Virus record (IMG/VR): IMGVR_UViG_3300033066_001908
DNA: 64,000 bases
Strand: one strand, 5' to 3'
From: a virus
Taxonomy: Duplodnaviria; Heunggongvirae; Uroviricota; Caudoviricetes
Position numbers and translations under genes: made by a program. Of the stretch, positions 36,703 through 46,167 are shown piece by piece (within the stretch, counting starts at the first letter, position 1; each line of letters begins with the position of its first letter). The notes below the pieces were generated by a model. The model was not told the DNA's origin, did not search any database, and saw only the letters and a list, made by a program, of their open reading frames with translations.

Positions 36703-37706
36703 TATGTTGTTGTCATCCTTTTGAGCATCCACTCAGGCGTGCAGCGTCGATCGTTCAACAACTGCTCGTATCGAATCGTCCACTCTGTTGGAATATCCAT
36801 AGGCAGCTGTGCCGGTACCCGCAGCATATGAAACACGCGAGCCACGCGGCGTACCGCCCGGTCGTAGAACTCGTCCGGAAAGTACATGTAGGCAATCCGC
36901 AGCTCGTTCATGGTCGAGCCTGGGTACTGCGGCCAGTCCGCCTGCATCAACGGCAACCTGGGGATAATGTCGGGCGCCCGGTTCGGTGCCGTGTAGTGCC
37001 AACAGTTTAGCTCGCTGAGCAGCTTCACACGGTGACCCATCGACCAGGCGTGACAACAAAACTCCGAATCCTGTGCAGATCCGAAACCCAGCAATCCCTG
37101 GTCAAAGCCACCAATGTCGTCGAAGACAGCCCGGCGGACCGACATGCCGCACGCAGACACGTACGGTAGCTCCCAAAGCCCCAGACCATTCAAACCTGAC
37201 CCAGGATAATCCCGGATTGCTTTTGTGGTACCTGGGGCGTCCTTGTCGAACATCCAGCCATAGCGGATGTCATCCACACCCGCACTGAACGCGTTGCAAG
37301 GCCGCTCGGTTGCCCGAGCCTGAAACATCTCATAGTTTGAGACCATTTGAGTCGTGCAGCCGAAGACCGCTTCTGAATCCTCCGCATAAGCCGCGCGCAG
37401 TACAGAGATCACATTTGGATCAAAGCAGGCATGTGCGTCAATGAAGATCAGGTACTCACCGCTGGACTGGGATACCCCGGCATTGGCCGCCCGTGCAGCA
37501 CCATGCCGTTCAAGCAACTGAATGTACCGCACGCCTGGGTTATGTTGCACCCAAGTCATGACCGGAATCTCAGAGTCGTCATCAACCACAATGACTTCGC
37601 CGTTGTAGTTACTTGCTAACCTGGCTAAATGGTTAAGGGTCGGCACCAGCGCCGGCCCTTCGTTTCTTGCTGTCACGATGATCGAGAACTCAGGTGTCCT
37701 GGCCAT
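36702..37706 (-). CDS. GT2-family glycosyltransferase (GT27/ppGalNAc-T-like catalytic domain)
   Basis: Start MARTPEFSIIVTARNEG with a GGAGGA SD. EVIVVDDDS and LIFIDAHA (DxH) are present. Confidence 0.65.
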   Translation of the reverse strand: MARTPEFSIIVTARNEGPALVPTLNHLARLASNYNGEVIVVDDDSEIPVMTWVQHNPGVRYIQLLERHGAARAANAGVSQSSGEYLIFIDAHACFDPNVISVLRAAYAEDSEAVFGCTTQMVSNYEMFQARATERPCNAFSAGVDDIRYGWMFDKDAPGTTKAIRDYPGSGLNGLGLWELPYVSACGMSVRRAVFDDIGGFDQGLLGFGSAQDSEFCCHAWSMGHRVKLLSELNCWHYTAPNRAPDIIPRLPLMQADWPQYPGSTMNELRIAYMYFPDEFYDRAVRRVARVFHMLRVPAQLPMDIPTEWTIRYEQLLNDRRCTPEWMLKRMTTT

Positions 37707-38394
37707 CCATTTCCTCCAAGCGTTCAATCGTCGCACGGAACACTTCGTCCGAGTCGTCCGATCGAACTTGATAACGCGGCAAGCAATGTGGATCGTAGAA
37801 GCGACGAACCGTACCAAGCTCAGTTGTCACCAGAGATTCATACCCAGCGTTCTCGACTTCATACCGAATGTCATTGTCGGTGTCTCCGTACGGTGGCGCG
37901 AAGTGCGCTGGCCATCTGCCGGTAGCCTTGTACAAATCCACCATACTGAAGTAGACCTGACGTTTCAAATCGCTGGTCGACTGCCTAAGCATGGAAGCGT
38001 GCCGCATGGCATGGCTTCCAATCTCATGGCCACGCACGGCCAGCTGTCGCACCTGGCTTTGCGGCATAAACTTTGAGTACCGCTCATTCTTCGGGATCTC
38101 GGGCAACCAGAGTCCTGGACACACATAGAAGATCGCAGGTGCTTTGAACTTCACCAGGATAGGCAGACCAAAATCCCAGGCGCCGGCCCGTTGATCGTCA
38201 AAGGACAATACCACGAGCTTCTTGATATGAATCGCAGCAACAGCCTGCTGACAGCGCAACAGTCCCGTCGTCATCGAAACAAACTCATATCCTCGATCTT
38301 TCAGAAAACCCAGATGCCCTTCAAAGCGATCGGGGTGCAGTGTCCAGGCGTTACGTTGGCTCGGATCGAGGTCGTGGTAGCCAAGGATGATCAT
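37690..38394 (-). CDS. Polysaccharide deacetylase (CE4/NodB family)
   Basis: VVLSFDDQRAGAW (motif 1) and GHEIGSHAMRH (motif 2). Confidence 0.6.
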   Translation of the reverse strand: MIILGYHDLDPSQRNAWTLHPDRFEGHLGFLKDRGYEFVSMTTGLLRCQQAVAAIHIKKLVVLSFDDQRAGAWDFGLPILVKFKAPAIFYVCPGLWLPEIPKNERYSKFMPQSQVRQLAVRGHEIGSHAMRHASMLRQSTSDLKRQVYFSMVDLYKATGRWPAHFAPPYGDTDNDIRYEVENAGYESLVTTELGTVRRFYDPHCLPRYQVRSDDSDEVFRATIERLEEMDGQDT

Positions 38395-38410
38395 GAGGCC
38401 TCCAAACGAA

Positions 38411-38438
38411 AATGGGGTGGTCCACAGACCACCCCATT
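38411..38438 (-). terminator. Rho-independent terminator
   Basis: AATGGGGTGGTC-CACA-GACCACCCCATT with a perfect 12-bp stem. The minus strand downstream is TTCGTTT, followed by a GGAGG SD and the deacetylase ATG. Confidence 0.5.
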
Positions 38439-38458
38439 TTTATTAGAAACAATAAATT
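38439..38458. promoter_or_regulatory. Conserved AT-rich palindromic 20-mer, copy A (TTTATTAGAAACAATAAA)
   Basis: It lies directly after the stop of 38460..39005 and directly before the terminator hairpin. Near-identical copies are at 46132 and 56770. Confidence 0.35.
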
Positions 38459-38459
38459 G

Positions 38460-39005
38460 TTAAACAGCGGAGAACAACCGACCGAGATATTTGGTTGCAT
38501 CTTCGTAGGAATAAGCGTGGATCAAACCGTGCTCCTTTGTCACAGTCTCCTCTGGTAAGATTTCCATCGGTGTCTTCTTCAAGATCACGTCGGTCCAGGT
38601 GATCTGAATGACGCGCTTTCGCCAACCGATCGTAAGCGGCCCAATCGGCGTTTCTTCAAAAGACAACCACGGCTTGTGCCAGCAACAGTATCGAGAGCAG
38701 TACGTGTTGGGTACTTCCTTCGGTGCTGTAACGACCTTATTGTCAAGCAGACACTGGCGTAAGTTTGCCAACACAAGCACGCGTTTGTTTTGCATTTCCG
38801 GATCCCGACTCACCCGCAACCTGAAGATCTCATCAATGATGTTGTCGATTGCATCACTGACGATATAGCCTTCTTCTTTGGTCAACTGACGTGATGTCGT
38901 AACAGCAACCCCTAACGAATCCGGACCACTGAGAATCTGCTTTGCGCCAGCATGAATCCAGTTTGTTGTGTCCATTTTCAACCTTAGACAGCAAGCTCCG
39001 CACAT
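38460..39005 (-). CDS. Hypothetical protein (start probably MDTTNWI)
   Basis: ORF. Confidence 0.4.
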   Translation of the reverse strand: MCGACCLRLKMDTTNWIHAGAKQILSGPDSLGVAVTTSRQLTKEEGYIVSDAIDNIIDEIFRLRVSRDPEMQNKRVLVLANLRQCLLDNKVVTAPKEVPNTYCSRYCCWHKPWLSFEETPIGPLTIGWRKRVIQITWTDVILKKTPMEILPEETVTKEHGLIHAYSYEDATKYLGRLFSAV

Positions 39006-39334
39006 TCGCCCGCGAGCTTCGGCATCGCGATCTCGCGTTCATACTCACTGAACGTCGCCAACACGCGGCGCATTTCAGCCAGAGAAGTGAACGTGGCTAC
39101 CAGAGAGTAGCACGGACGATTCAAATAATTACCGGGGTGTTCGCATCGCATAATGGCTGGGGCTCGATGCTTCCCAACCCACCCCTCGTACCAAGAAACA
39201 CCATCACTCTTTCTATAACTCGGTGGTAACAAATCGTACAGGACGGCCAATTCATAGTCATCCCGTGGTACCGCCGGGTCCATCAAGCGCTCTACGAAAG
39301 CGCTCACGTTGGTGTTCAAGTAGTTTCCAGACAT
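38984..39334 (-). CDS. Hypothetical protein (116 aa)
   Basis: ORF. Confidence 0.4.
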   Translation of the reverse strand: MSGNYLNTNVSAFVERLMDPAVPRDDYELAVLYDLLPPSYRKSDGVSWYEGWVGKHRAPAIMRCEHPGNYLNRPCYSLVATFTSLAEMRRVLATFSEYEREIAMPKLAGECAELAV

Positions 39335-39354
39335 TCAGTTGCTCCAGATTTGGC

Positions 39355-39669
39355 TTAGACGTGTGAACTGGCTTCCCGCGTTGTAGAGTATGTCCGCTGC
39401 GCGAACATGCGGTCAGCTCTTTCTCGCCGCAATTTATGCGCCAACTCCCAGGCTTCATCCGAGAAGGTCACCCATGCGGATCCGTCCCGGTTGTGGTGTT
39501 GGATAACGATACGACCAAAGTCGAGGAACTTTTCCTCCTTCATTTGGTCAATCCAAAGTCGATCACTGGCGTTCAGATGTGCCCCGTTCACACGTCCTGC
39601 AAAGTCAACAAGACGGGTTTCAAGGTACAGCAGAGTTGTCTGCTGATCCTTCGTTAGTTCTTTCGGCAT
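39355..39669 (-). CDS. Hypothetical protein (104 aa)
   Basis: ORF. Confidence 0.4.
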   Translation of the reverse strand: MPKELTKDQQTTLLYLETRLVDFAGRVNGAHLNASDRLWIDQMKEEKFLDFGRIVIQHHNRDGSAWVTFSDEAWELAHKLRRERADRMFAQRTYSTTREASSHV

Positions 39670-39701
39670 TTCGGTTTTCTAAAATTAAAACCGGAGGTTC
39701 G

Positions 39702-40520
39702 TCAGCAATCGCGATCCTGACTGCCATCACTGTACACATACTGGCGCCAAGGGATAAATTTCCCACGCACCCAAAAGCCCCATTCCCGTTTGAGCGGCCA
39801 CACAAAGGCCAAAGTCCAACAGGTCTCACCTGGGAAAAGCGTCAGGCGATGTCGATGCTCGGCAGGGAATGATCGCAGCCAAGGCGCTGTATACGTCTTC
39901 CTATCAACCAACACGGTCGATTTCCCGCCATGGGCATCCACATGCGGCGTCTCTTCCACATACCGACCCCAGAGGCCCAGTGTGGTAAACTTCCTGGGGT
40001 GATCGTGAAGATCCCGGGCACCATCGTCTCCGACAAAGTGATGCACGTACAACGAACAACCAAGCCGGACAGACTTGAACAAAGTCCACCGAAACATGTA
40101 AGGCGGACAATGGTCACCCGACTTGATCTCTTCCAATTTGAAAAAGGTATCGATCAGGTTCCTGAGCGACCAGAAATTCAAGTTGATCTGCCGCTTCCAT
40201 TCATCGGTCAGAATCCGCAGCTCGTCCTGCGTGGCCAAATCGGGTTCGGTCCGATTGTCCTGGTCATACCCAACCTTAGGCAGACAAAACCCGTGTTTGA
40301 CCAAATCCGCGTGATTGGTCAAACCGAGACTCTGCATCGCCACCGTCAACAGAGTTTCTGAGGTACATGGATATTCCGCATAATCAGCGTACACGTAGTT
40401 CAATACGCTGCAGTTCCACATATCCAGCTCGTCGAGCTTAACCTTCTTCCGCCAGTCCTTTGGACCTTTCGCGTCCAGGAGCTTGATGCCCTTTCGGACA
40501 CGTGTCGCTGTCGACTTCAT
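39702..40520 (-). CDS. Hypothetical Trp-rich protein (272 aa)
   Basis: ORF. Confidence 0.45.
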   Translation of the reverse strand: MKSTATRVRKGIKLLDAKGPKDWRKKVKLDELDMWNCSVLNYVYADYAEYPCTSETLLTVAMQSLGLTNHADLVKHGFCLPKVGYDQDNRTEPDLATQDELRILTDEWKRQINLNFWSLRNLIDTFFKLEEIKSGDHCPPYMFRWTLFKSVRLGCSLYVHHFVGDDGARDLHDHPRKFTTLGLWGRYVEETPHVDAHGGKSTVLVDRKTYTAPWLRSFPAEHRHRLTLFPGETCWTLAFVWPLKREWGFWVRGKFIPWRQYVYSDGSQDRDC

Positions 40521-40643
40521 TCAACTTCCCCTCTTGCTAACCTCAGGGCCTTTCGAGCCAGCTCACACGCATCCTCATCGTACTGCCGGGCGTCTTCCGG
40601 AGCCTGAATCTCCATCCAGTTCGTCAGACTATCATAAACGGCC

Positions 40644-40970
40644 TCAAGGGCCGTCACCAGTATTCGGATCTTGCGTCCCGCTGACGGGCGCTTCCTGACT
40701 GATTTGTGGGCCATCTTGCTTCCAATGAAAGAATGCCTTCACCTTTTTGAACTCGTCCTCAACCGCCAAAAAATCAGCCTTGAGCTTCAGATACTCAGTT
40801 CTGATTACCTGAGCGTCAGCTTCCACCACATGGACCACAGTGTCCAGCTTCTCAACAACCTTGGCCACCTCTTCAAGCTTGGCCCCCACGTCACAAGCCA
40901 CCAGGAGTAAAACCCCAGCAGCCACCCATCCTAAGCACCCGCTGCCTGAAAATCCATTTTCTGTCGACAT
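40644..40970 (-). CDS. Membrane-anchored coiled-coil protein (hypothetical)
   Basis: N-terminal hydrophobic helix GWVAAGVLLLVACDV followed by coiled-coil-like KLEEVAKVVEKLDTVVHVVEADAQV. Confidence 0.35.
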   Translation of the reverse strand: MSTENGFSGSGCLGWVAAGVLLLVACDVGAKLEEVAKVVEKLDTVVHVVEADAQVIRTEYLKLKADFLAVEDEFKKVKAFFHWKQDGPQISQEAPVSGTQDPNTGDGP

Positions 40971-41238
40971 GGTTTGGCCCGATTGAAAAAGTAACCTTGC
41001 TCACTGAGATACGCTTCGGCCGCCTGGCAGCTTGAGAACTGCTGCAAGGCTGTGCCGTTGCGAAATGTAAGCCATGGCCGCGATGGTGACCAGAGCGGGT
41101 CGTATTCGACCCGCGCCCGGCCACATTGCGATCGTCTGTTGTAGAACAAGGGGATCAACCCCTTGGGAAAACGATCAAGCGGGATCTCGATAGGTCGACC
41201 CCGCATGATCGCATCACAATACTTTGTGAACTGCACAG

Positions 41239-41814
41239 TTACAGCCCTGCATTTCCTGCAAGCCCGACCATACGTCCGCTACGCCGTGGCGCAGCAGTCG
41301 CGCGGCGCCGAGGTGGCGCTTTCGGTTGTCGGACCATGTTCCTGGCCAGTTCGACATTGTCCTGCGCCCACGTCTGGAAGAGCAGCTCACTGGTCGAACC
41401 GCGTGTCGGACCGATGTTGTCCGGTTCACGATACCAGGTACCACGGTAACAGAACTGCCACCCGTAGACCGGTGCCTTGGTCCTGCGGACCTCGCCGATA
41501 ACGATCCCACCAGCGATCACCCGGAAGCGATCCAGATGCTTTTCGTGCGTCAAATACGGCACGACAAAAATCTCCGGCTGCCGAACGACCGTGATCGGAC
41601 GTGCGTCACGCGGCGGCGTTGTCACACCAGCCGGTACGGCGTTCACGATCAGGTTGATCTGCCGTTCGATCTTCTCATGCTCCACACAAGCGTCAATCGT
41701 CATTGTGGTCTTGTCCGTAAACGTAATTGTCACGGTTCCCTCGTGCGCTGATTCGATCTTCTTGATCGTCTTACCTACAAACCGACGCAAGTTCTGCCCA
41801 GCGAAATACCCCAT
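41239..41814 (-). CDS. Hypothetical protein (191 aa)
   Basis: ORF. A 243-nt gap with inverted repeats lies upstream. Confidence 0.45.
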   Translation of the reverse strand: MGYFAGQNLRRFVGKTIKKIESAHEGTVTITFTDKTTMTIDACVEHEKIERQINLIVNAVPAGVTTPPRDARPITVVRQPEIFVVPYLTHEKHLDRFRVIAGGIVIGEVRRTKAPVYGWQFCYRGTWYREPDNIGPTRGSTSELLFQTWAQDNVELARNMVRQPKAPPRRRATAAPRRSGRMVGLAGNAGL

Positions 41815-42057
41815 TCGATTAACCCTTTTTTGTTATACAGAAAAGAAGCGGCCCTGACCTTGCCGGGTTCCCACCGGTCACCCGCTGGTCCAAACAGCAT
41901 TGGGCAGGGCCATTTAAGTCCCATCAATCAGAACCGCCTCTGCCGCGGCTGATTGGGGCAGCCGCGTTCGTGACAAGCAACACCGTTGATCACCAGGGCT
42001 TGACACTGCGAACATGCTACACGAATCGTTTTCTCGCCGCGAGTCTTACTCGAGCGA

Positions 42058-42369
42058 TCAAACCCCCGATCCTTCAAGCGTTCGACTTGCTGGGACGACG
42101 TCATGGCAATCTGCCTTTCCGCAGTAGGGGCACTGACCCGAGGCTCGCGGGATCACGAGGCCACAGCCAGTGCCGCACTGTTTGACTTCAGGAAGTGCAA
42201 AGTGAATCCCACGGCGCCCGTAGGATCTGTTGTAGTTGTCAGTCGGCTTGACGCCACAAAACTCCAGGCAATCGTGACAGATCCCAAACCCCGTGTCGCG
42301 GTTCCACCATTGCCGACCAATGGTGGAGTTTCCGCAACAACAGCAGGTCAAACGGCAACGATTACTCAT
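42058..42369 (-). CDS. Cys-rich zinc-ribbon protein (103 aa)
   Basis: CRLTCCCCGNSTIG...CHDC...CGTGCG...CPYCGKADC. Confidence 0.4.
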   Translation of the reverse strand: MSNRCRLTCCCCGNSTIGRQWWNRDTGFGICHDCLEFCGVKPTDNYNRSYGRRGIHFALPEVKQCGTGCGLVIPRASGQCPYCGKADCHDVVPASRTLEGSGV

Positions 42370-43199
42370 TTGAACTGGGACAATAGAACAGCGAACTGAT
42401 CCGCCAACTGGATCTCTTTATCATTCAAATTGGCATCTTCCATTTCGAAAATCGCCAGTTCCTGTTGCTCTTTCTTCTCCTGCAGCTTCTGGATCTGTTT
42501 GTCAGCTTCGACAATTTGCTCACGCAGCGCAGCGATTTGCTTGATACGGTCCTCACGACGAGTCAGCGCAGCACGCAGCTTGTCCAAGGCCGCCAACGGA
42601 TTGGACGCAGATGTGTCAGACACCGGCGGCGGGGCAGTGATGACAGGTTTGATAGTTTCTGCCACGGGTTCCTCTTGCTTCATAAAGTCTGGGACCGGCA
42701 ACGGCGAATCACCAGGTTCGCTGTTCAATGACTCGCCACCATCCTCGACAAACTCGGGACCGAGGTACGCTTCCAACATCTGCCGGACGAAGTCGAAGTC
42801 CACGGATCCGTTGACAGGCATCAACGCATAATCCCAGACTGAATCGTTCCCGGTACACTTCACCCGTATTCTGATCTCACGACCTTGGCCTGGTCGTAAG
42901 CACATGGTGTCGTTCTTACCGGACTTCCAGCGCTGCTTGTCCTTGGGATTGATCGTGAAATCCCCTTTGTCGATATGAGCCCGCATCAGTGTCGCCTGGA
43001 CGATCTCAGCCGCGCGCTTATGCGAGCGACTCGCCACACTGTCAAAACAACGCTGACCGGTATGCACGGTAACTGTTGTCATTGCACCTCCGTTAGACCT
43101 CTGGATCGGCGCAGTCCAGGAGCACCACGGTGTCCCAGTCAAACGCCTCAAAAATCTCTTTAAGCCCGAAAGCCAACGCATGAAAGTCATCCTCGTCAA
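42366..43199 (-). CDS. Hypothetical protein with C-terminal coiled coil
   Basis: ORF. Probable start MTTVTVHTG at about 43082. C-terminal REQIVEADKQIQKLQEKKEQQELAIFEME. Confidence 0.45.
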   Translation of the reverse strand: MTRMTFMRWLSGLKRFLRRLTGTPWCSWTAPIQRSNGGAMTTVTVHTGQRCFDSVASRSHKRAAEIVQATLMRAHIDKGDFTINPKDKQRWKSGKNDTMCLRPGQGREIRIRVKCTGNDSVWDYALMPVNGSVDFDFVRQMLEAYLGPEFVEDGGESLNSEPGDSPLPVPDFMKQEEPVAETIKPVITAPPPVSDTSASNPLAALDKLRAALTRREDRIKQIAALREQIVEADKQIQKLQEKKEQQELAIFEMEDANLNDKEIQLADQFAVLLSQFK

Positions 43200-43586
43200 T
43201 GACTTGCGCGATCCGCTCGTAACCCTCTTGCTCAGCTAGAGCGATCCCGATTGATTCGTAATGATCGCCTTCCTGGACGGAATCCGCCGGGACACGGCAC
43301 CGGACTGGCACCAAAGTCGGAACTCCGTTCGAGTCCCGACAGCACACGACCGCCCGCATGGTTCGGATGTTGGACATTCAATTTCTCCAAAATGGTCTTC
43401 GCGATGTAGAACGGCGAAGTCCATCGACCTTCCTCTTCTTCAAACTCAACACTGACCACACCTTCCTCGTGAAAGGTGTCCAAGACCCCCGAGGCCTTGA
43501 AGATGACAGTGCCAGTGGAAATCTGAAACAGCAGCGTTTGTTGATCTTCAAAGTTTGCCGCGTCACGATAGACGACAACAAAGTCT

Positions 43587-44468
43587 TCAGGCCGGAAGCT
43601 CACCCGCGTGTGCCCTATGAAACATCTGATGCTCTTGAATCGCATCCGCTGGCGGCCGATCAATCGAATCAGATTCGTAACCACAAACACCCATGGGTGA
43701 CGTCCACCGCACATTGGTTGAATCGGGCGACAGCGACACTGTCCACCCAGCCTTGAGCATGATCAGGGCGTGCTGCCTGAGGTGCAGATCGATCTCAGGT
43801 TGGGTCAGTGGTGCGTCGATCGACGCCAGCACAGACTTCACCTGATCGTAAAGCGTTCTGGGGATATTCCCAGCGATCCAGTAGCTGTCTTCCTGAGCTG
43901 GATCAACACTCTTGTTTGCCTCCGTGTCTTCGATCTTTTCGATCTCATACACCAAACGCTCCAGGCATTCCCGGACAGCCTTGTCGCGGCTGATCCCAAT
44001 CGCCCGCAAACATCCCTCACCAGTGCTGAGAGTTTTGGCATTGTGCAGGGCATCCTGCGCTACACGCCGGATAAAGTTCTTGGCACCATTGGTGCCGTGA
44101 ACAGCCTCGTAGCTCACCGGCGTAGGATCCTTCGGCCCCCAGGTCTGCCCTGTGGGCGGCAGAACCCAACCCGCAACTGTCATCAGCGCGGTCTGCATCT
44201 CTTCGATCGCCTGTGTCCGGTAATCCGGAACGGGTTTCAAATGGTACTCGTGAAGCCGATAATCAGCGGTCGGGTTGGTACAGGTGCCTCGCGACAGCAC
44301 CTGCATGACAACAATCCCGGTTGCCAACTCTTCATCAATACCATCATGAGCTTCTCGATTTACGACTTGGAGTTCGGTCTCCGCGTGACTTTGAGCTTCG
44401 GCCAGCGTCTCGAAGAACCAAAGTTCTGTGTCGACGTGGGTCACGAAGTTTTTTGTTTGTTTAACCAC
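43587..44468 (-). CDS. Hypothetical protein (293 aa)
   Basis: ORF. Confidence 0.45.
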   Translation of the reverse strand: MVKQTKNFVTHVDTELWFFETLAEAQSHAETELQVVNREAHDGIDEELATGIVVMQVLSRGTCTNPTADYRLHEYHLKPVPDYRTQAIEEMQTALMTVAGWVLPPTGQTWGPKDPTPVSYEAVHGTNGAKNFIRRVAQDALHNAKTLSTGEGCLRAIGISRDKAVRECLERLVYEIEKIEDTEANKSVDPAQEDSYWIAGNIPRTLYDQVKSVLASIDAPLTQPEIDLHLRQHALIMLKAGWTVSLSPDSTNVRWTSPMGVCGYESDSIDRPPADAIQEHQMFHRAHAGELPA

Positions 44469-45162
44469 TATGAGTCAACCGATCTTTATGATTGTGATAG
44501 AACGCCTCCTGGCACTCGTGACAAGCACACTTCTCTGGATGAGTACCGTACTTGTCCACGTTCGGGTACCAGTCGACGCGGTGATACAACTTCAGCATTC
44601 TGCTGGGTGCGTAGTTCTGAAACGCTTCACGCCGGAGCGTCATCAGATAGCTGGCGCGTACTGTCTTTCCCAATCGAACTTGGCTTTCGCTGGAGTTCTT
44701 GGCCGCCGGACAGCACTGGCTCTCCTGATAACACTCAGCCCGCTCACAATACTTGCAAACAGGCACAAAGTAGTCCCGGATGTAACCCTTCGGCGGACGC
44801 GGTCCAGTGAGGGCCGCAAAACCCTGCTGCCAGTCAAGCAGAGTGATGCGCCAGTAACACCAGGCCGCCAGGGCGTCCAGGTGTAGTGCGATAAAGACCG
44901 CAATCCTGGCCGCCACCCCGATTGGCCAGCCCCAGTAGATCCAGAGCTTTCCTGGGTAGAACTTCCGCCGCGAGTGCATAAAGATCAGGATGCCCAAAAT
45001 CCAGATCAGAAACAAAGTCCAACACATGTGGCCTCCTAACTGACAACAATATCCGGCAACATCGCGCAGTTGCGCCACCCCGGTACCTTCATGTCCGGCA
45101 CAACCGAAAAGCGCATGCACATAAAGCCCTTGCACCAGTTCGATGCAACAACCGTACGGCAC
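44461..45162 (-). CDS. Membrane protein with Cys-rich C-terminus (hypothetical)
   Basis: Hydrophobic stretches MCWTLFLIWILGILIF and IGVAARIAVFIAL. C-terminal CKYCERAECYQESQCC...CACHEC. Confidence 0.4.
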   Translation of the reverse strand: MPYGCCIELVQGLYVHALFGCAGHEGTGVAQLRDVAGYCCQLGGHMCWTLFLIWILGILIFMHSRRKFYPGKLWIYWGWPIGVAARIAVFIALHLDALAAWCYWRITLLDWQQGFAALTGPRPPKGYIRDYFVPVCKYCERAECYQESQCCPAAKNSSESQVRLGKTVRASYLMTLRREAFQNYAPSRMLKLYHRVDWYPNVDKYGTHPEKCACHECQEAFYHNHKDRLTHSG

Positions 45163-45329
45163 TCGACGTCAGTCGGTTTCAGCTCTGGAAAGTCCTTCTT
45201 GGCTTCTGCAAGCATCTGAAGGTACGCATCCATCGAACAACTCGAATCGTTCTTGAGCAGAAACGCGTTACCATACTTGGTACTGACGTCGGACCATGAG
45301 TGCGTGACGATGAACTTGTGAAAAGCCAT
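45036..45329 (-). CDS. Hypothetical protein (97 aa)
   Basis: ORF. Confidence 0.35.
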   Translation of the reverse strand: MAFHKFIVTHSWSDVSTKYGNAFLLKNDSSCSMDAYLQMLAEAKKDFPELKPTDVECRTVVASNWCKGFMCMRFSVVPDMKVPGWRNCAMLPDIVVS

Positions 45330-45336
45330 AACGCCC

Positions 45337-45609
45337 TCAGCTCTTGCGGACGATCACTTCACCTTCAAAGGACACTTCGCCAATGGCTTCCATGTCTTGC
45401 GCGTCAAACCCACCATCCGTCAAGATCTGGTCCCGTTGTTCCACCGACTGCACGCCGGCCATGCTAGCTGTAGGCCAGACATTCAACTTCACGAACGTCT
45501 CCGCGGCCTTGCGGCGGTTCTCCCGCTTGATATTCGCCGGCACCTGAACAGTCACATGTCCGCGAATCGTCACAGGCACCCTGATTGCAAACGCATCCTT
45601 CTTCGCCAT
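45337..45609 (-). CDS. Hypothetical protein (90 aa)
   Basis: ORF. Confidence 0.4.
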   Translation of the reverse strand: MAKKDAFAIRVPVTIRGHVTVQVPANIKRENRRKAAETFVKLNVWPTASMAGVQSVEQRDQILTDGGFDAQDMEAIGEVSFEGEVIVRKS

Positions 45610-46085
45610 TACTCTTCCCCAAATTGATTTTCAGCAATCCCGACAAGCGTGTCGTTCTTACCCAGATTCAATTCATCCAACGCCCACTGCGTCAGACAAC
45701 CAACCGCCGCGGCCCGCGAGTCCTCAAGCCACTCGTCGACCTTGCGTTCCATAAGCTGCCGAATGGCTTCCTTCCGATCGGCCGCGAGGGCTTCCCGGAA
45801 TGACTGCTCGTTCTCGAAGATATCGATCGGCAACCTGGGCTTCAGCAACCAGGTCTTGATGTCTGGCCGTTTCAGAAAGAAGCCGAGATCCGTCTTGTCA
45901 TCGACAAACTGAATCCCGCCCTCATGATCTGACCAGACGCTATCAACCGCAATGATGCTTCCGGCCGGGATCTTTGAGCCCCCGGCTTCCTCAGTGGCAC
46001 TGACAGGACCGTACATACCGTTCCTGCCAGTCCACAAGTCCTTCTTCAACACATAGAAGTCGCCGTTTTGAATCTGTCGCGTCAT
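45609..46085 (-). CDS. Hypothetical protein (158 aa)
   Basis: ORF. Start/stop overlap with the downstream gene. Confidence 0.45.
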   Translation of the reverse strand: MTRQIQNGDFYVLKKDLWTGRNGMYGPVSATEEAGGSKIPAGSIIAVDSVWSDHEGGIQFVDDKTDLGFFLKRPDIKTWLLKPRLPIDIFENEQSFREALAADRKEAIRQLMERKVDEWLEDSRAAAVGCLTQWALDELNLGKNDTLVGIAENQFGEE

Positions 46086-46131
46086 GTTTTCACCGGTAAA
46101 CGTTCGTTAAAGACGTGCATACTCCCACAAC

Positions 46132-46152
46132 CTTATTAGAAACAATAAACTC
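46132..46152. promoter_or_regulatory. Conserved AT-rich palindromic 20-mer, copy B (CTTATTAGAAACAATAAACTC)
   Basis: Intergenic, 15 nt after the stop of 46168..46395 and 46 nt before the ATG of 45609..46085. Confidence 0.35.
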
Positions 46153-46167
46153 ACGCTGAGCGGGTCA

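Noticed and set aside
43770-44810. 346-aa plus-strand ORF
   Set aside because: It is antisense to 43587-44468 and 44461-45162, and Arg/Pro/Ser-rich.
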